The notes beneath the pieces are model-generated. The model saw only the letters and a list, made by a program, of their open reading frames with translations, did not search any database and was not told the DNA's origin. The translations under genes and the position numbers were made by a program. A stretch of DNA of 63,903 nucleotides, counting the filler, from Octopus bimaculoides (taxonomy: Eukaryota): NCBI RefSeq assembly GCF_001194135.2. It is 5 parts of 5 records of this genome, joined end to end, with 100 filler letters (N's around TTAATTAATTAA, not from the genome) between each part and the next. Parts side by side here need not be neighbours in the genome. Positions count along the whole stretch, not along the records: positions 8,202 to 30,472 come from NC_068993.1; 4 more parts are not named here. One strand, 5' to 3'. Below are positions 13,261-25,900 of the stretch, piece by piece; the first letter of the stretch is position 1; each line of letters starts with the position of its first letter.

Positions 13261-14869
13261 CTGCACAATTACAAGAACCTTAATGCAAAACAAAACTTCA
13301 CTTAATGGTGGAAACAGAGAGAAAAAAAACACATCTTAAAACAGAACAAGGTGAGTCGGTTCTCTTCAAGCTCTCCTATCGTGCTCATTGATCGTTGTCA
13401 TTCTAAATATATTTGACCTCTGCATAGGTGTGTAACCGCTTTTTCGTCGAGCCCCTCACAGCATCTGTTTAACCTATTTGTTTAACCTATTTACAGACTG
13501 GTGATATCTGACTGTGTGCCCAACAAGCTGTATCTCTTTCTACTACTATCCCCTCCAACTTACATATTTATAACTATTTCAATTACAAGGCAAGATCTGA
13601 AGCTAATAACATTCAATAATACTACACAGTGGTACGAGCAAAGCCAGCAGACTTAACTTTGCTGTCCCAGGCTCTAACTCACAAGTAACTACAATAATAA
13701 TAATGGTTTCAAATTTTAGCACAAGGCCAGCAATTTCAGGGAGGGAACGAGTCGATTACATTGACCCCAGTTTTCAACTGTTAGTTAATTTATCGACACC
13801 GAAACGAAGAAAACAAAATCGATTTCGGCGGAATTTAAACTCAGAACGTAAAGACGCACGAAAAACCGATAAGATTTTTGTCCGGCGTGCTAAGGATTCT
13901 GTCAGCTAGTCGTTTGAACAACGATAATAATAATGGCTACACTGTTGTTATGGCTACAGAGAGTGGCCGCAGAGACAGAGACGGTGACAGTAGTAATGGC
14001 AAGCTGGTTTTCATTGTAACGGTAATAATGGTGGAGGAGTTAATAAGGGTATTTTCTGTTTCGCAGCCAGTTTTTAATGTCTTAAATTTTTGTTCCAATT
14101 AATTTCATATTTCGTGCGTTATCAACACAATGCTGATGCAGTTTTGTATTGTAATCATTGACAGGAAATTCCTTTTCGCCATAAGTCAATAAATACAGAG
14201 TTAATAGCTTTGAAATTTGCAAATTTCGGATAATTTTAGCCAGTCGAAAGCCACCACATATAGTTACCTGTTTCCATAGTAACGAGCCATCTGTTACTAA
14301 GCTGCTCACCCACGTGGTGATTTTTCGCTTATTAAATTCTTAACATGCATGAGATATAAGGTGGTCTTGAGATTGCTAAAAATAATAGCTAAATAGGCCT
14401 TAATGATGCACCAAAATAGGAGTGGTAGGAGTGCACAGTTGTATGAATTTCTGCGTGTAGAATACAAATTCGCAAAACTTTTCTGAAAATTTCAAAAACT
14501 GAGAAAATTATGAGGGGCTATATGTAATGCATCAAGCAGAATTCTGCTAATATTTCATTTAATTACAGTTGACATCACGTGCAGTGACACACAAAATGAC
14601 AACTTCCAAATCCAGTTTCCTCACAGGTTAAAAGTTATCAAATTTAAACCTGTGCAACTTTAAACAAATTGTTCTGGAGAAAAATGAATTAGCCCCCGAG
14701 ATTCAGTGTGTAAAATTACACCAATACACCAAATTTTAAAATTTTCACTAAACTTTAATATTTCCACATATGTATCCAAACAGAAAAGATTCAATGACAA
14801 TGGTAGTGATGATAATAACGGTTTCAACATTAGCTAAACAGGGTTCAGTAATAATAATATTGATGTAGC

Positions 14870-15787
14870 ACAAACATGCCTATGAAGCAAAAAGGAAAGT
14901 TATATCAGTACGCCCAATCGCTTGTCCCATTGTTAATCTGGATGTACTTGGCTCAGCCAGCCTGGTGTCAAAAACTCATTCACTGGCACAAATTATTCTC
15001 CAAATATAAACCTGGATGGCCACTTGAACGGGAATTATCATATCTGAAACCCTCCAAGTTTACCACAACAGCCACCACAGAAGGAACAGTGTAAGAGGAT
15101 CAAATGGATCCGGGAAGAGTATGAAGAAGTAATACATGCTTATTAGTATGCATTAGGTAGTCCACGAGAGACACACCGCAAAATCTTACAAGATATGGAG
15201 AGCATGAAATCATAACAGCAAGCTTTATTTGGATGAAAACAAGTTAGCAAATGTTAGGAGGGATATCTTTAGAAATAATACGCTCAGAATGAAATAATCA
15301 CGATCAAACACGCATCTGAAAACGGTCGATATTTATATATAGGAAAAATAGAAGAACGAGAGGAAGAGAGTAGCTCATCACATGTCTTAATTGAAAGATT
15401 GTCATCTGACCAAATTACGCAGAAAAAACCTGAAGTAACAAAAAATTCTAATGAACCAAAGAAATATATCCAGAAAAGTAGTAGTAAAGAAATAGTATTT
15501 AAAGACCACATATTTGCTGAAGAATAGAAAGACTTTCTGATGGAAATGAAGCAGGAAATCCTGAATAAACTTGCCTTTGTAACACATGCAAATATGAAGG
15601 AAACATAGAGAATCACTGCATAAACTCTTAAATACAAAGTAATATATTAAAAAAAAAAAAAAATGGCACCTCTGCAACAAAAATCATTGAAAAATTAACA
15701 CCTGATCTTACTGAGTTAGATGAAGTTATTTATGCATTTGCTTAAACAAAACAAACACGCACACGCACGCACGTGCACGCACGTGCA

Positions 15788-15857
<70 letters not shown>

Positions 15858-18800
15858 TATATATATATAATTTTTCTTAGTTTACATTTTACGTTTATAA
15901 TTTTAGCTTAACCTAAAACTTCGTTTAAATTGTATTTTACTCGAAAGATTCGTTACGATAAGATTTGCTTATAATATTTCTGTTAGTCTATATTGTTTCT
16001 TAGTCTTATTCCTTAGACTCTATAATTATTTAGGTTCTAACGTTCAATAAAATGTTTACAATATAGTTAATTGTTTTATTATGATTTAAGTTATATAAAG
16101 TTTAATTTTTCATTCAAGATTTTATAAATAAAGCTTTCATTCATGTTTTATATCTCTTTATTATATTCTTTTTCTTTACGAAATATCTTCATGCGACGTC
16201 TTTCAAATAGACGTTTTATTTCTGAGTTTAACGTTGAGGTAAGTATTACTTCTATCTTTATTAATATTGTTAAATGATTTTCTATCGTTGTTTGAAAAAA
16301 TATGCATTTTTATATTAATTCAATTGATATTCAATGTTAGCTGATACCTTATTTAACACTAAGTTAATAGTATTAAGTTTATCATCTTAGTTTAAACCAA
16401 AACTTCGATTAGATTAGGGTTGAAATTTTACCAATAATAGTGTTTAATATTTCTTTTTGATTTATGAGATAAATAAGTAGTTTTTTTATATAATTTCTTT
16501 GATTATTCGTTTATATTCTAATTAAAGTTAAGTCAATAGTACAACATTTATAATTTTATTTAAACTAAAGATTCGATTGGATAAATTTTGTATTACTTTT
16601 CAATAATTTTGTTAAATGTTTTTTCCTTTATTTAATGGTGAAATAATTGCTTTTATATATCAATTTATATAAATTAATTTTTTGTTAGTTTATATTTTAC
16701 GTTTATAATTTAAATTTAAACTAAAACTTCGTTTAAATTGTATTTTAAACGAAAGATTCGTTAAGATAAGATCTGCATATAATATTTCTCTTAGTTTATA
16801 TTATAATAAATGTGTAGTTAATTATGGCACGTTTACAATTTTTGATATTTTTAATAATATTGTTTAACATTTTTCTATCTTAATATAATAAGTATTTTCA
16901 TATACATTCATTCATTATTTATTGATAGTTCATATATATACATTCTTTTATTATTATTATTGTTGTATTTTGACCTGAAGATTAGCTATATTTTTGAATA
17001 GAATTGATTTTCGATCGATTTAAATACATTTTATTTTCAATTTGAAAACTTGGTTAAGAAACACGTGTAGTCGTTTTATTATCATTATCTTATGATTTTT
17101 ACTTGTATNNNNNNNNNNNNNNNNNNNNNNNNNNNNNNNNNNNNNNNNNNNNNNNNNNNNNNNNNNNNNNNNNNNNNNNNNNNNNNNNNNNNNNNNNNNN
17201 NNNNNNNNNNNNNNNNNNNNNNNNNNNNNNNNNNNNNNNNNNNNNNNNNNNNNNNNNNNNNNNNNNNNNNNNNNNNTATCTTCTTTTCCAGTGACATTCT
17301 TCACTGATATTGAAAAGGTGAAAACAAGCAATGTTAATTCTCTATATGTTAATTCTCTATATATATATATATATACCTGGAAAGAAGTTCAAACTGGAGA
17401 AGTAAAACTGAAAAAAAAGATGGAATTTATGAGAGAGAAAATATGAAGTAAACTAATCAAGTAAACTAATCTATGGAAATGATGTAAGGTGCAGATGAAG
17501 AAGGAAAATGAAGAGAAAATTTGAATTCTTACCAATAGAAACATTGAAATGAGATGTTCAAACAAAAGCTCAATGAATTTGAAGATCTGAGAAAAGAAAC
17601 AATTTTTACCAGCAAAATTATCTGTTCACATCCAATGCCAAAACATTTACGCGAGAAATAAGGAAGGAGAAAATAACTGTTGAAGATCTCTCCATTCATG
17701 AAAGAAGTTGAAGATATTTGAAAATAGAATTGAAGCAATGAAAAAACATACAAGGATAATACATATTGGATTAGACGCAAAGAAGGATCCTACCAAAATT
17801 TACAAGATCAAGCATGATAATAGCGGACCTAAGCATGACACTCACGAAGTCTCATAAGTGGAAATTCCCCTGTAAAGATAGGATGTCAAATTTCTACCCC
17901 CGTGTGCACTCATAAAGTTAGTTCAATGGTTCAAATAAATTATGAGAGAGTCTAAGAAAACGTCTGACTGGTTAACAAGTGATATTAATTACTTACTCAC
18001 AAAGAAGAATTAAACCAATTTTCCAAAACGCTATTGGCCCATAACCTATTTATCTACCACTTATACAATTTAATCATTCTTACTGGTGAAAAGAAACATT
18101 CGCATTTATGGAACAGAATGATATTTTCCCTACTAAACGAAAAAGGGTGCCGAGGAGTATCATATGGATTCAAAAATCAACTTGTGTTTAATCGCATGAT
18201 CCTTAACAACTGTCATAAGCGCAGAAATCTCAGTTCCGCAGGGATTGATTACAAAAAGGCCTTTTAATGCATACCGCTTTCATGATTTTGAAATCACCGA
18301 GCATCTGCAAAATTTCCCCTGTAATGTAAAACATTCCCAAACATAATATGTCAATTTTGTACACGAATCACTAATTATATCCCTTTAATAGAGTACAGGC
18401 TTCAAACAATATTAACATTAACTGTGGCTCTTTCGAAGGTCACTGAATTTCACCTTTAATTTTTTGCATAGCCTAGTACCCCTTACTAGTGAACTTTACC
18501 GAACAACCATGGGTATAAAATTGGCAGCAAAAAAATAAGCCATCTATTCTATATAGATGACTTAAAATTCTATGGCAGAGGTAATGATTAGCTTGAAGAC
18601 ATATTACCTACTATGAAAGCATTCAGTGATGATATCGGGACGGGGTATGGTCTTGATAAATGTGACAAGACTAATTTCCAGAAAGGGAAACTGAAGACCT
18701 CAATTTTAGTCGTGTTAGATGCTGACACAATTATAAAAGAAATTGAGCAGGACCAAATTTATACATAGGCGTAGGCGTGGTTGTTTAGTAAGAGGTTTGC

Positions 18801-20130
18801 CTCCAAACCGCACTTTTCCGGGTTCAGTCCCACTGCGTGACACCTTGGGCAAGTATCTTCACCTATAGCCTCGAGCCAACCAAAGCTTTGTAGGTGAATT
18901 TGGTTGACGGAAGCTGAAACAAGCCCGTCGTATAGATACAATGTTGGCTTGTTTACGTCCGTCCTCGTAACATAGAGGTCTGGGAAAAGAGAACGATAGA
19001 ATAAATACTAGGCTTACAAAGAATAAGTCCTGGGATCGATTTGTTTAACTAAACCCCCTTAAGGTGGTGCTCCAGTATGACTGCACTCAAGTGACTGAAA
19101 CGAGTAAAAGAATAACAAGATATCTAGGAATAATTGAAGATTCTGACGTCCAGCATTCAAGCCTGAAAGAGAACATTAGGAAAGAATGTTATAGGAGAGG
19201 TCGAGAAGTCATGAAATCTGAGCTAATTGCACATAAGGTGTTAGCCATAAATTCCTTAGCAGTTCCAGTTGCTATTAATAGCGCCAATGTGTTGAACTAG
19301 AATACCAGTGAAATAAAGAAAGTTGACAGGAAAATATGTTAACTACCGATGCACCATCTATTGAGTTCATGCGTGATACACAGGTTGAACAGTATGAAGG
19401 AAATGCAGTGGAAGCAGAAACCTGCATGGCAAATCTGTGGTCCGTAGCAAACAAGTTGATACTGACTAGAAGCACGCTCATCAGTGGCTACGGCACTCGT
19501 GGCTAAAGCAGGGAGCGAAGGCTTCATCTAAGCTGCTGAAAATTAAAGCTTATTGACCCAGAGCTATCGAGCTGATGTGACGAAGAACAGAGTAGATCCA
19601 AAGTGCCGACTCTGCAATGATGAGATTGAAACAATAGACCACCTAATCACTGGATGTAAAGTTTTAACACCAGTGAAGTATAAATCAAGACAATATAGAA
19701 TTGGCCAATATCTACATTTTAATATGTCGGCATAATAAAATCGAAATTGTTGTCAAGTGGTATAAGCGCCACCCTGTGGCTGCAACTGAGGGAGAAAATG
19801 TAGCGATTCTTTTCGAGTTTCCAATACACATAGATAAAACCATCAAAGCTAATAAACCGGGTATTGTGGTGAAAGACGACAGCAATAAAATCTGTTTATT
19901 GAATCGACATGAGCATATATTGTGATCATAATATCTCTCAAAAGAATTTGACAAGCCCCCAAAATATAAAGATTTGCTCAATGAAATCGGAAAAATGTGG
20001 CATCTCAAGGCGGTTACAATACCAGTGACACCAAGAGCACTTGGAACTGAAAATTATTTGAGTATGCAAGTAGTCCAAAAGATTGTTTTAACTGGTACGT
20101 CACACGTACTAAGATGCGATTTGTTGCTAT
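14870..20130 (+). mobile_element. Near full-length degenerate R4/Dong retrotransposon (RT + CCHC + REL) with nested insertions
   Basis: Fragments in order: KWIREEYEEVIHAY, KLANVRRDI, YWPITYLST, GCRGVSYG.KNQL, GIDYKKAF, HLFYIDDLK, DIGTGYGLDKC, RYLGI, DPKCRLCNDEIETIDHLITGCK, KANKPGIV, KYKDL, QKIVLTGTSHVLR. Many stops and frameshifts. Confidence 0.85.
18765..19112 (+). mobile_element. SINE-A nested in the R4/Dong RT region
   Basis: Interrupts EIEQDQ...RYLGII. Confidence 0.8.
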
Positions 20131-20385
20131 AAATTTTCTTTCCTTTTCTCCCCTTTATATTCTTAGGTCTTTTTTTTTCTCCTATTTTTTGTTTCTTCTT
20201 TCGTTTTTCCTTTCTCTCTTCACCTTTATTTTATCACATAACTTTGTAAATGAACAATCTGGTGTGTTTATGTTACTGATTTATCAATGTATACAGTGAA
20301 GTTTTTGCCCTAGGCATCGAGATGAGACTCGTCAAGAAATGGAAGCAAAATTGAAAGTAGGGAATGATGATGATGATGATGATGA

Positions 20386-20418
<33 letters not shown>

Positions 20419-21041
20419 TAGATGACGGGGTATTTATAATTTGCGCACAAGACTAGCAGTTTTCAGATTTAGGCGTTAGTCTATATTATTGACTTCAGTA
20501 TTTCACTGGTACATATTTCATGAACCCGAAGGGATGAAAGGTAAAGTCAACCTCGGCGGAATTTGAACGATGTTGAAATAATAAGCCAAGTTACTTCTGA
20601 ACCCTATTGGTAACAGCACAACTTGTTTCATGGTTATGTTGTCGGTTATGTTGTCGGTGACAACCACACGTTCCTTGTCTGCTGAGTAACACGAATAGAG
20701 ACCCATTCAGGCAAAGAACTCTATCTGTAGAAAAGACATACGAACTCATCTGTGAATCAATGACTAGTTGTGTACAACAAATCACATATGTTAATAATAT
20801 TGGAAGAAAGTAATCTCTGAAAGGCCTAGTGTTTACTACGGAAGCACCTGGATACTATATGACCGAAGAAATCTTGCTTCAGGTGCTGTAGATTCATTTA
20901 GCCCACAAGCTATCTACCGACAGATAAAGAACTTTTAGAAGCAAAAGCACCCATGTGTATTGCACGGGTACTTCTGATATAAAGCACTAGCGGTGCTCGG
21001 GGATTATTTCAATAGAAGTCTAACACAAGATCCTATAATAT

Positions 21042-24000
21042 TGTTATCGTGAAAATGGTACACCCCTTCCCACGTAAAAATGTGGCGTGACCAGCCACTA
21101 TAAAGTCAGAAAGCAAGTCGTTGTAGCACGTCAGTAGTAGTAGAGTAGTGATACGACTTCTCAGTTGGAAGCAATTACGTGATATAAACGAGTTCGAGCT
21201 ACCCTCAATGTAAATGTTTCAAAGTCATTGTTTTGCAGAGCTATGAGTGATAGACGAGTCAAAAATAATAAGACGCGGACTACCACCACAACATAATAGT
21301 TGTGTTAAGAATATTACAGTGTCGACAATACCATACAAATGGACAAGGATCCACATTATAACAGTGGTGGCGATGATATAAACAATTCACACGGACAACG
21401 TTGAATCTTTTTTTTTCACGAGAAAATAAACAATTCACGCGGTCGATGTTGAAAACTATTTTCAAGTGGAGAAATTAAAATCTCGACAGAGGAATAAAAA
21501 AAATTTTTGTTGTATATATTTTACGAAAAATCCGTAAAATTATGGAAAACTAGTTAAAGGGTCTAGTTGAGTTGCAAAAACATCAACAACTGAAAGAACA
21601 ACGAGAACAATAACAAATGTTACAGCAAAAAAATGCTACAACTAATGAAGTTGGTAACAAAACCTAAAAATACGTTTTCGCCAGACCATGTAGCAAATTC
21701 AATAAATGAATTTGAATACGATCCAGAAGAAGGTGTCATCTTCGAGGTATATTACCGAAGATTTGAACAAAATTTTGAAAAAGAATGCCAAGACTGGACG
21801 GGCGAAATGAAAACCCATCTAATTACGAGGAAACTGGCGACGATTAAGCACGAAAAACACTATAACTTTATATCGCCTAAAACATTTCTGACACATATTC
21901 TGACGGACACAATTGACATTTTATCTAGGATATTTAGTGAAAAAAACATTGTCGTTTAACATATGCTGGAAGAGTTTGAACACTAGAAAAGCGATGACGA
22001 AGACTTTACCACATATGTGGGTAGAGTGCACAGACTCGTTCAAGTGCTTGATTTTTATTCAGGGACTTACTGCTAAAAAGGACGCTGAAGTAAGGCACGA
22101 CACAGAAGAAATCCAACGCAGAGATTGTTTACAGATAAAACCATTGTGGAAGAGTCTGAAGACGGATAAAGTGTTTCACAAAAATCACCTGAGATAAACC
22201 CATGTACGGCATATGGTGGTAGGCACCCGAGAAAAAAACTTTCCGTTCAAAAAAACAAAGTATTTTTGTTGTGGGAACACAGGACATAAATAGTTTGTCA
22301 TCTGAGAAAAAAGCTTGCACAACGAACAGAAAATGCATCAAGGTGAGACTCAAAACCACTAGTATCAAAATGCAATTAGCCACGGGTAGTGATATTACTA
22401 TCATAAATGGAGAAACATGGCCTCAAATCAGTAAGCCGAAATTATTTAAATCAAATAAAGTAGCATATGATGTTACAGGATAGAAATTATAATTCATCGG
22501 CGAATGTATTTGCAATGTAACTTTTAGTGGTGAAATGAAAACGATAATCATTTATGTGTTGAAAAAATCACTAAACTTATTTGGCACAGAATGTATGGAG
22601 CTATTGAAAATGTGGGATACCTCCATTAGTATGCTCTGTGAAAATGCAGTTGGCACGGTCAAAAGTTCGAATGAAGTCGAACAACGTTGATAAAAAAATA
22701 AAAAATTATTTTCAAGTGGTTTTTGGGAAGGGTTACGCCGTTACACTTAAACAAAATCGAGGGTCGCGGTAAAAGAAAACGCAACACCGTTTATAGGCCC
22801 AAATGTTACGTGCCGTTTGCGGCGTTAGATCACGACAATAAAGAGCTAGAGAGACTAAAAAGTCTAACTATAATTGAAAAAGTCGACCATTCAGACTGAG
22901 CTGCCCCGACAGTTTAGGTAAAAAATAAAAAAAAATATTAATCTAAGTGTGTGTGCGGACTTCTCAACTGGAGTAGATGACTGTTTAGTCGAATACAATT
23001 ATCCATTACCAAGTCCAGAAGAAGTGTTCTCAAAACTAAATGAAACTAAAATGTTCCCGAAGTTAGACCTACTGGAGGCCTTTCTACAGATACAGGTAGA
23101 GGAAAATTGCGCACACGTTTTAACAATCAACACACACCGTGGATTGTATAAATTCAAGCGGAAAACAGTACTGGGAATAATGCAAAATTACAAAGTACAT
23201 AGGGAAAATGATGTACGGGATAAAAAGCAAAAAAGTTATTGAAAGACACAGAAACCAATTGAAGGAAAGATACATAGAAAATGAACCAGACAGGTTAGAA
23301 GAACTTATGAAATGGCTGTATGACACATTCTAGGAACCAACACCATTACAAGTGGTTGAAACCATGCGTACAAGTGGAAGATAAAGGAAGAACACAGAGT
23401 TCCTACAAATAGACGGCAATAAGGAGGGGTGATTAGAGTAAAATAAAATTACTTGCTTTCCAAAGAAAAAAAAACTAAAATGGCAGCTGTTGTAGTGAAA
23501 ATGGTATTCCCCTTCCCACGTGACAAAGTGGTATGACCAGCCACAATAAAGTCAGACAGTCACTGGTTGTAGCAAATCAGTAGTAGAATCGATGTACGAG
23601 TTCTCAGTTGGAGTCAGTGTCAATTACGTGATATATACGTGTTCGAGTTACCGTCACGGCAAACGATTCAAAGTCAGTGCCTTGAGGAGCTATCAGCGAT
23701 AGTACGGTAGATGTGCCAAGGATAATAAGACTCGGAATACCGACACAACATAATATTGGTCACATGAATATTACAGTGCTCACATTAACATACAGCTGGA
23801 CGAAGATCCTCACTGTGTTGTTGTTGGCACTCCGTCGCTTACGACGTCGAGGGTTCCAGTTGATCCGATCAACGGAACAGCCTGCTCTTGAAATTACCGT
23901 GCAAGTGACTGAACACTCCACAGACACGTGTACCCTTAACGTAGTTCTCGGGGATATTCAGCGTGACACAGAGTGACAAGGCTGACCCTTTGAATTACAG

Positions 24001-24220
24001 GCACAACAGAAACAGGAAGTAAGAGTGAGAGAAATTTGTGGTGGAAGAATACAGCAGGGTTCGCCACCATCCCCTGTCGGAGCCTCGTGGAGCTTTAGGT
24101 GTTTTCGCTCAATAAACACTCACAACGCCCGGTCTGGGAATCGAAACCTCGATCCTATGACCGCGAGTCCGCTGCCCTAACCACTGGGCCATTGCACCTC
24201 CACGGATCCTCACTATAACA
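21042..24220 (+). mobile_element. Degenerate, internally deleted Ty3/Gypsy LTR retrotransposon
   Basis: 5' LTR 21042-21363 (TG...CA). PBS-like TGGTGGCGATGA at 21365. Gag (FEYDPEEGVIFEVYYRRF), protease remnant (ATGSDITII) and partial RT (CADFSTG, YPLPSPEEVF, KLDL.EAFLQI). 3' LTR 23488-24220. Flanks AATAT/GATAT. Confidence 0.85.
23815..24204 (-). mobile_element. tRNA-derived SINE-C inserted in the Gypsy 3' LTR
   Basis: Head GTGGAGGTGCAATGGCCCAGTGGTTAGGGCAGCGG, (CAA)n tail, 10-bp TSD GATCCTCACT. Confidence 0.9.
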
Positions 24221-24859
24221 GATATAAAACCTGGAATTGGAATAGTTTCCGGTCATCCTGGTCTTGTTTGTGACTGGTTATTTAAAGAAGTTTACGTGTG
24301 TGTCTGTCGTATCAATGTGTGGTACTGTAATCTAATGAGGAGCAGATGTGAAATACAAGACAACGTTTATCTGAATAGAAAAGATAATCATGTATGTGTG
24401 TGTGTGTATGTGTGTATGTGTATAACCATGTGAATGCATGTGGTCATATTATGGGTGATGATAGAAGCCATATCTATGGCATAAAGCTGTCATAAGATTT
24501 ATGAAGTTTACGAATGTTGCTGCTGTAGTTGTTATTGTTGCTATTGTTGTTGTAGTTGTTGCAAGCAATGCATTAAGCAATTACATCCATAATTATTGAC
24601 GACGGAGTATCTAAAGAGCTCCAATGATACCGTTGGTGGTGCTACACCATAATTAGTATGTTTATTATTGATATTCAGTCTTTTACTTTACTTTTTTTGT
24701 TGTAGCTAATATTATAAAATGTAAATGCGTCGTGTAATTGTAGTTCGACATACATTTCTGTTGGTATTGGTGTGAGTGAAGGTCTGGTTGTTTACTGGAC
24801 ATAATGAAAGAGAAATATTTTTTTATGACATTGATTGACTACGTATGGTGCTGTAGTTA

Positions 24860-25900
24860 TTCACTTGTATAATATAGTGATGATGTTGGTTTACGTGGTG
24901 GTGTTAGCTGGTATGGTATAGTAATGGTCGCGTTGATTGGTGTCGGGAGAATGTCTTTGATTCAGGTAGTCTGGTGATGGTGGTGTTGATTGATGTGGTG
25001 TGGTGACTATGATGATGATTGGTAATGTATAATGATCGTGGTGTTGACTGATGGGGCGATGGTGCGATGATGTTATTGAATAACGTGGTGATGATGATGT
25101 TGATTAACGTGGTGGCATTGATTGATGTGATGTAGTGATGGTCGTGGTGATTGATGTGGTGAGGATAAGATGAAGTTGTTGATTCAGGTGGTGTGGTGTT
25201 GGTGCTGTTGATTAATGAAGCATAATGAAGGTGGTTTTGATTGTAGTGTGGGGATGGTGGAGTTGAATGATGTGATATAGTGATAGTAGTGTTGACTAAT
25301 ATGATGTGGTTTAATGATAGCGGCGTTGATTGTGGTGTGGGGATGATGGAATTGATTGATGGGACGTAGTGATAATGTTGTTGAGTGATGCGGTGTATTG
25401 ATGGTGGCGTTGAAAGATGTGGTGTGGTGATGGTGTTGATGATTCATGCGATGTGTCAGTAGTGTTGGCGATAGACTTGGAGAGATGACAGTGTTGTTTT
25501 TGCGAAGCCCCGAATCACTGATATCAAAGAGATTTATAATCAAATGCGAAATGTTGTCGTTTAGACAAAAATGTTTGAGTAGACCGTGGAGAAGTTCTTT
25601 TGTTGACGTCTTGTTATTGCTGCTACAGATGTTAAGATGTTAATGTTGGTGGTAGCGGAGTGATGGTGGTGGTGGTGTTAGTGCTACTGATCATGGAGGT
25701 AGTATGTTGTTGGCAGGGTTGGTGCTGATATTTGTGTTGGTGGTGGTGTTAGTGGTACTGATGCTGTTGTTGGTGGTGTTAGTGGTGGTGGTGGTGGTGG
25801 TGGCAGTGTTAAATGTACTAATCGTGTTGGTGGTACTGTCTGCAGTACTGATGTTGGTGGAAGTATTGGTGGTGTTATTGATAATTATGTGATGGTGGAA
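24860..25900. repeat. G/T-rich degenerate tandem repeat ((GGT/GAT/GTT)n and TTGATTGATGTGGTG-like units)
   Basis: Strong strand skew with recurring GTTGATTGATGTG. Confidence 0.75.

Noticed and set aside
15870-17108. Mitochondrial insertion (NUMT of rrnL or control region)
   Set aside because: AT content fits, but I found no conserved rRNA motifs, tRNA cloverleafs or mitochondrial ORFs. A control-region origin cannot be fully excluded without BLAST.
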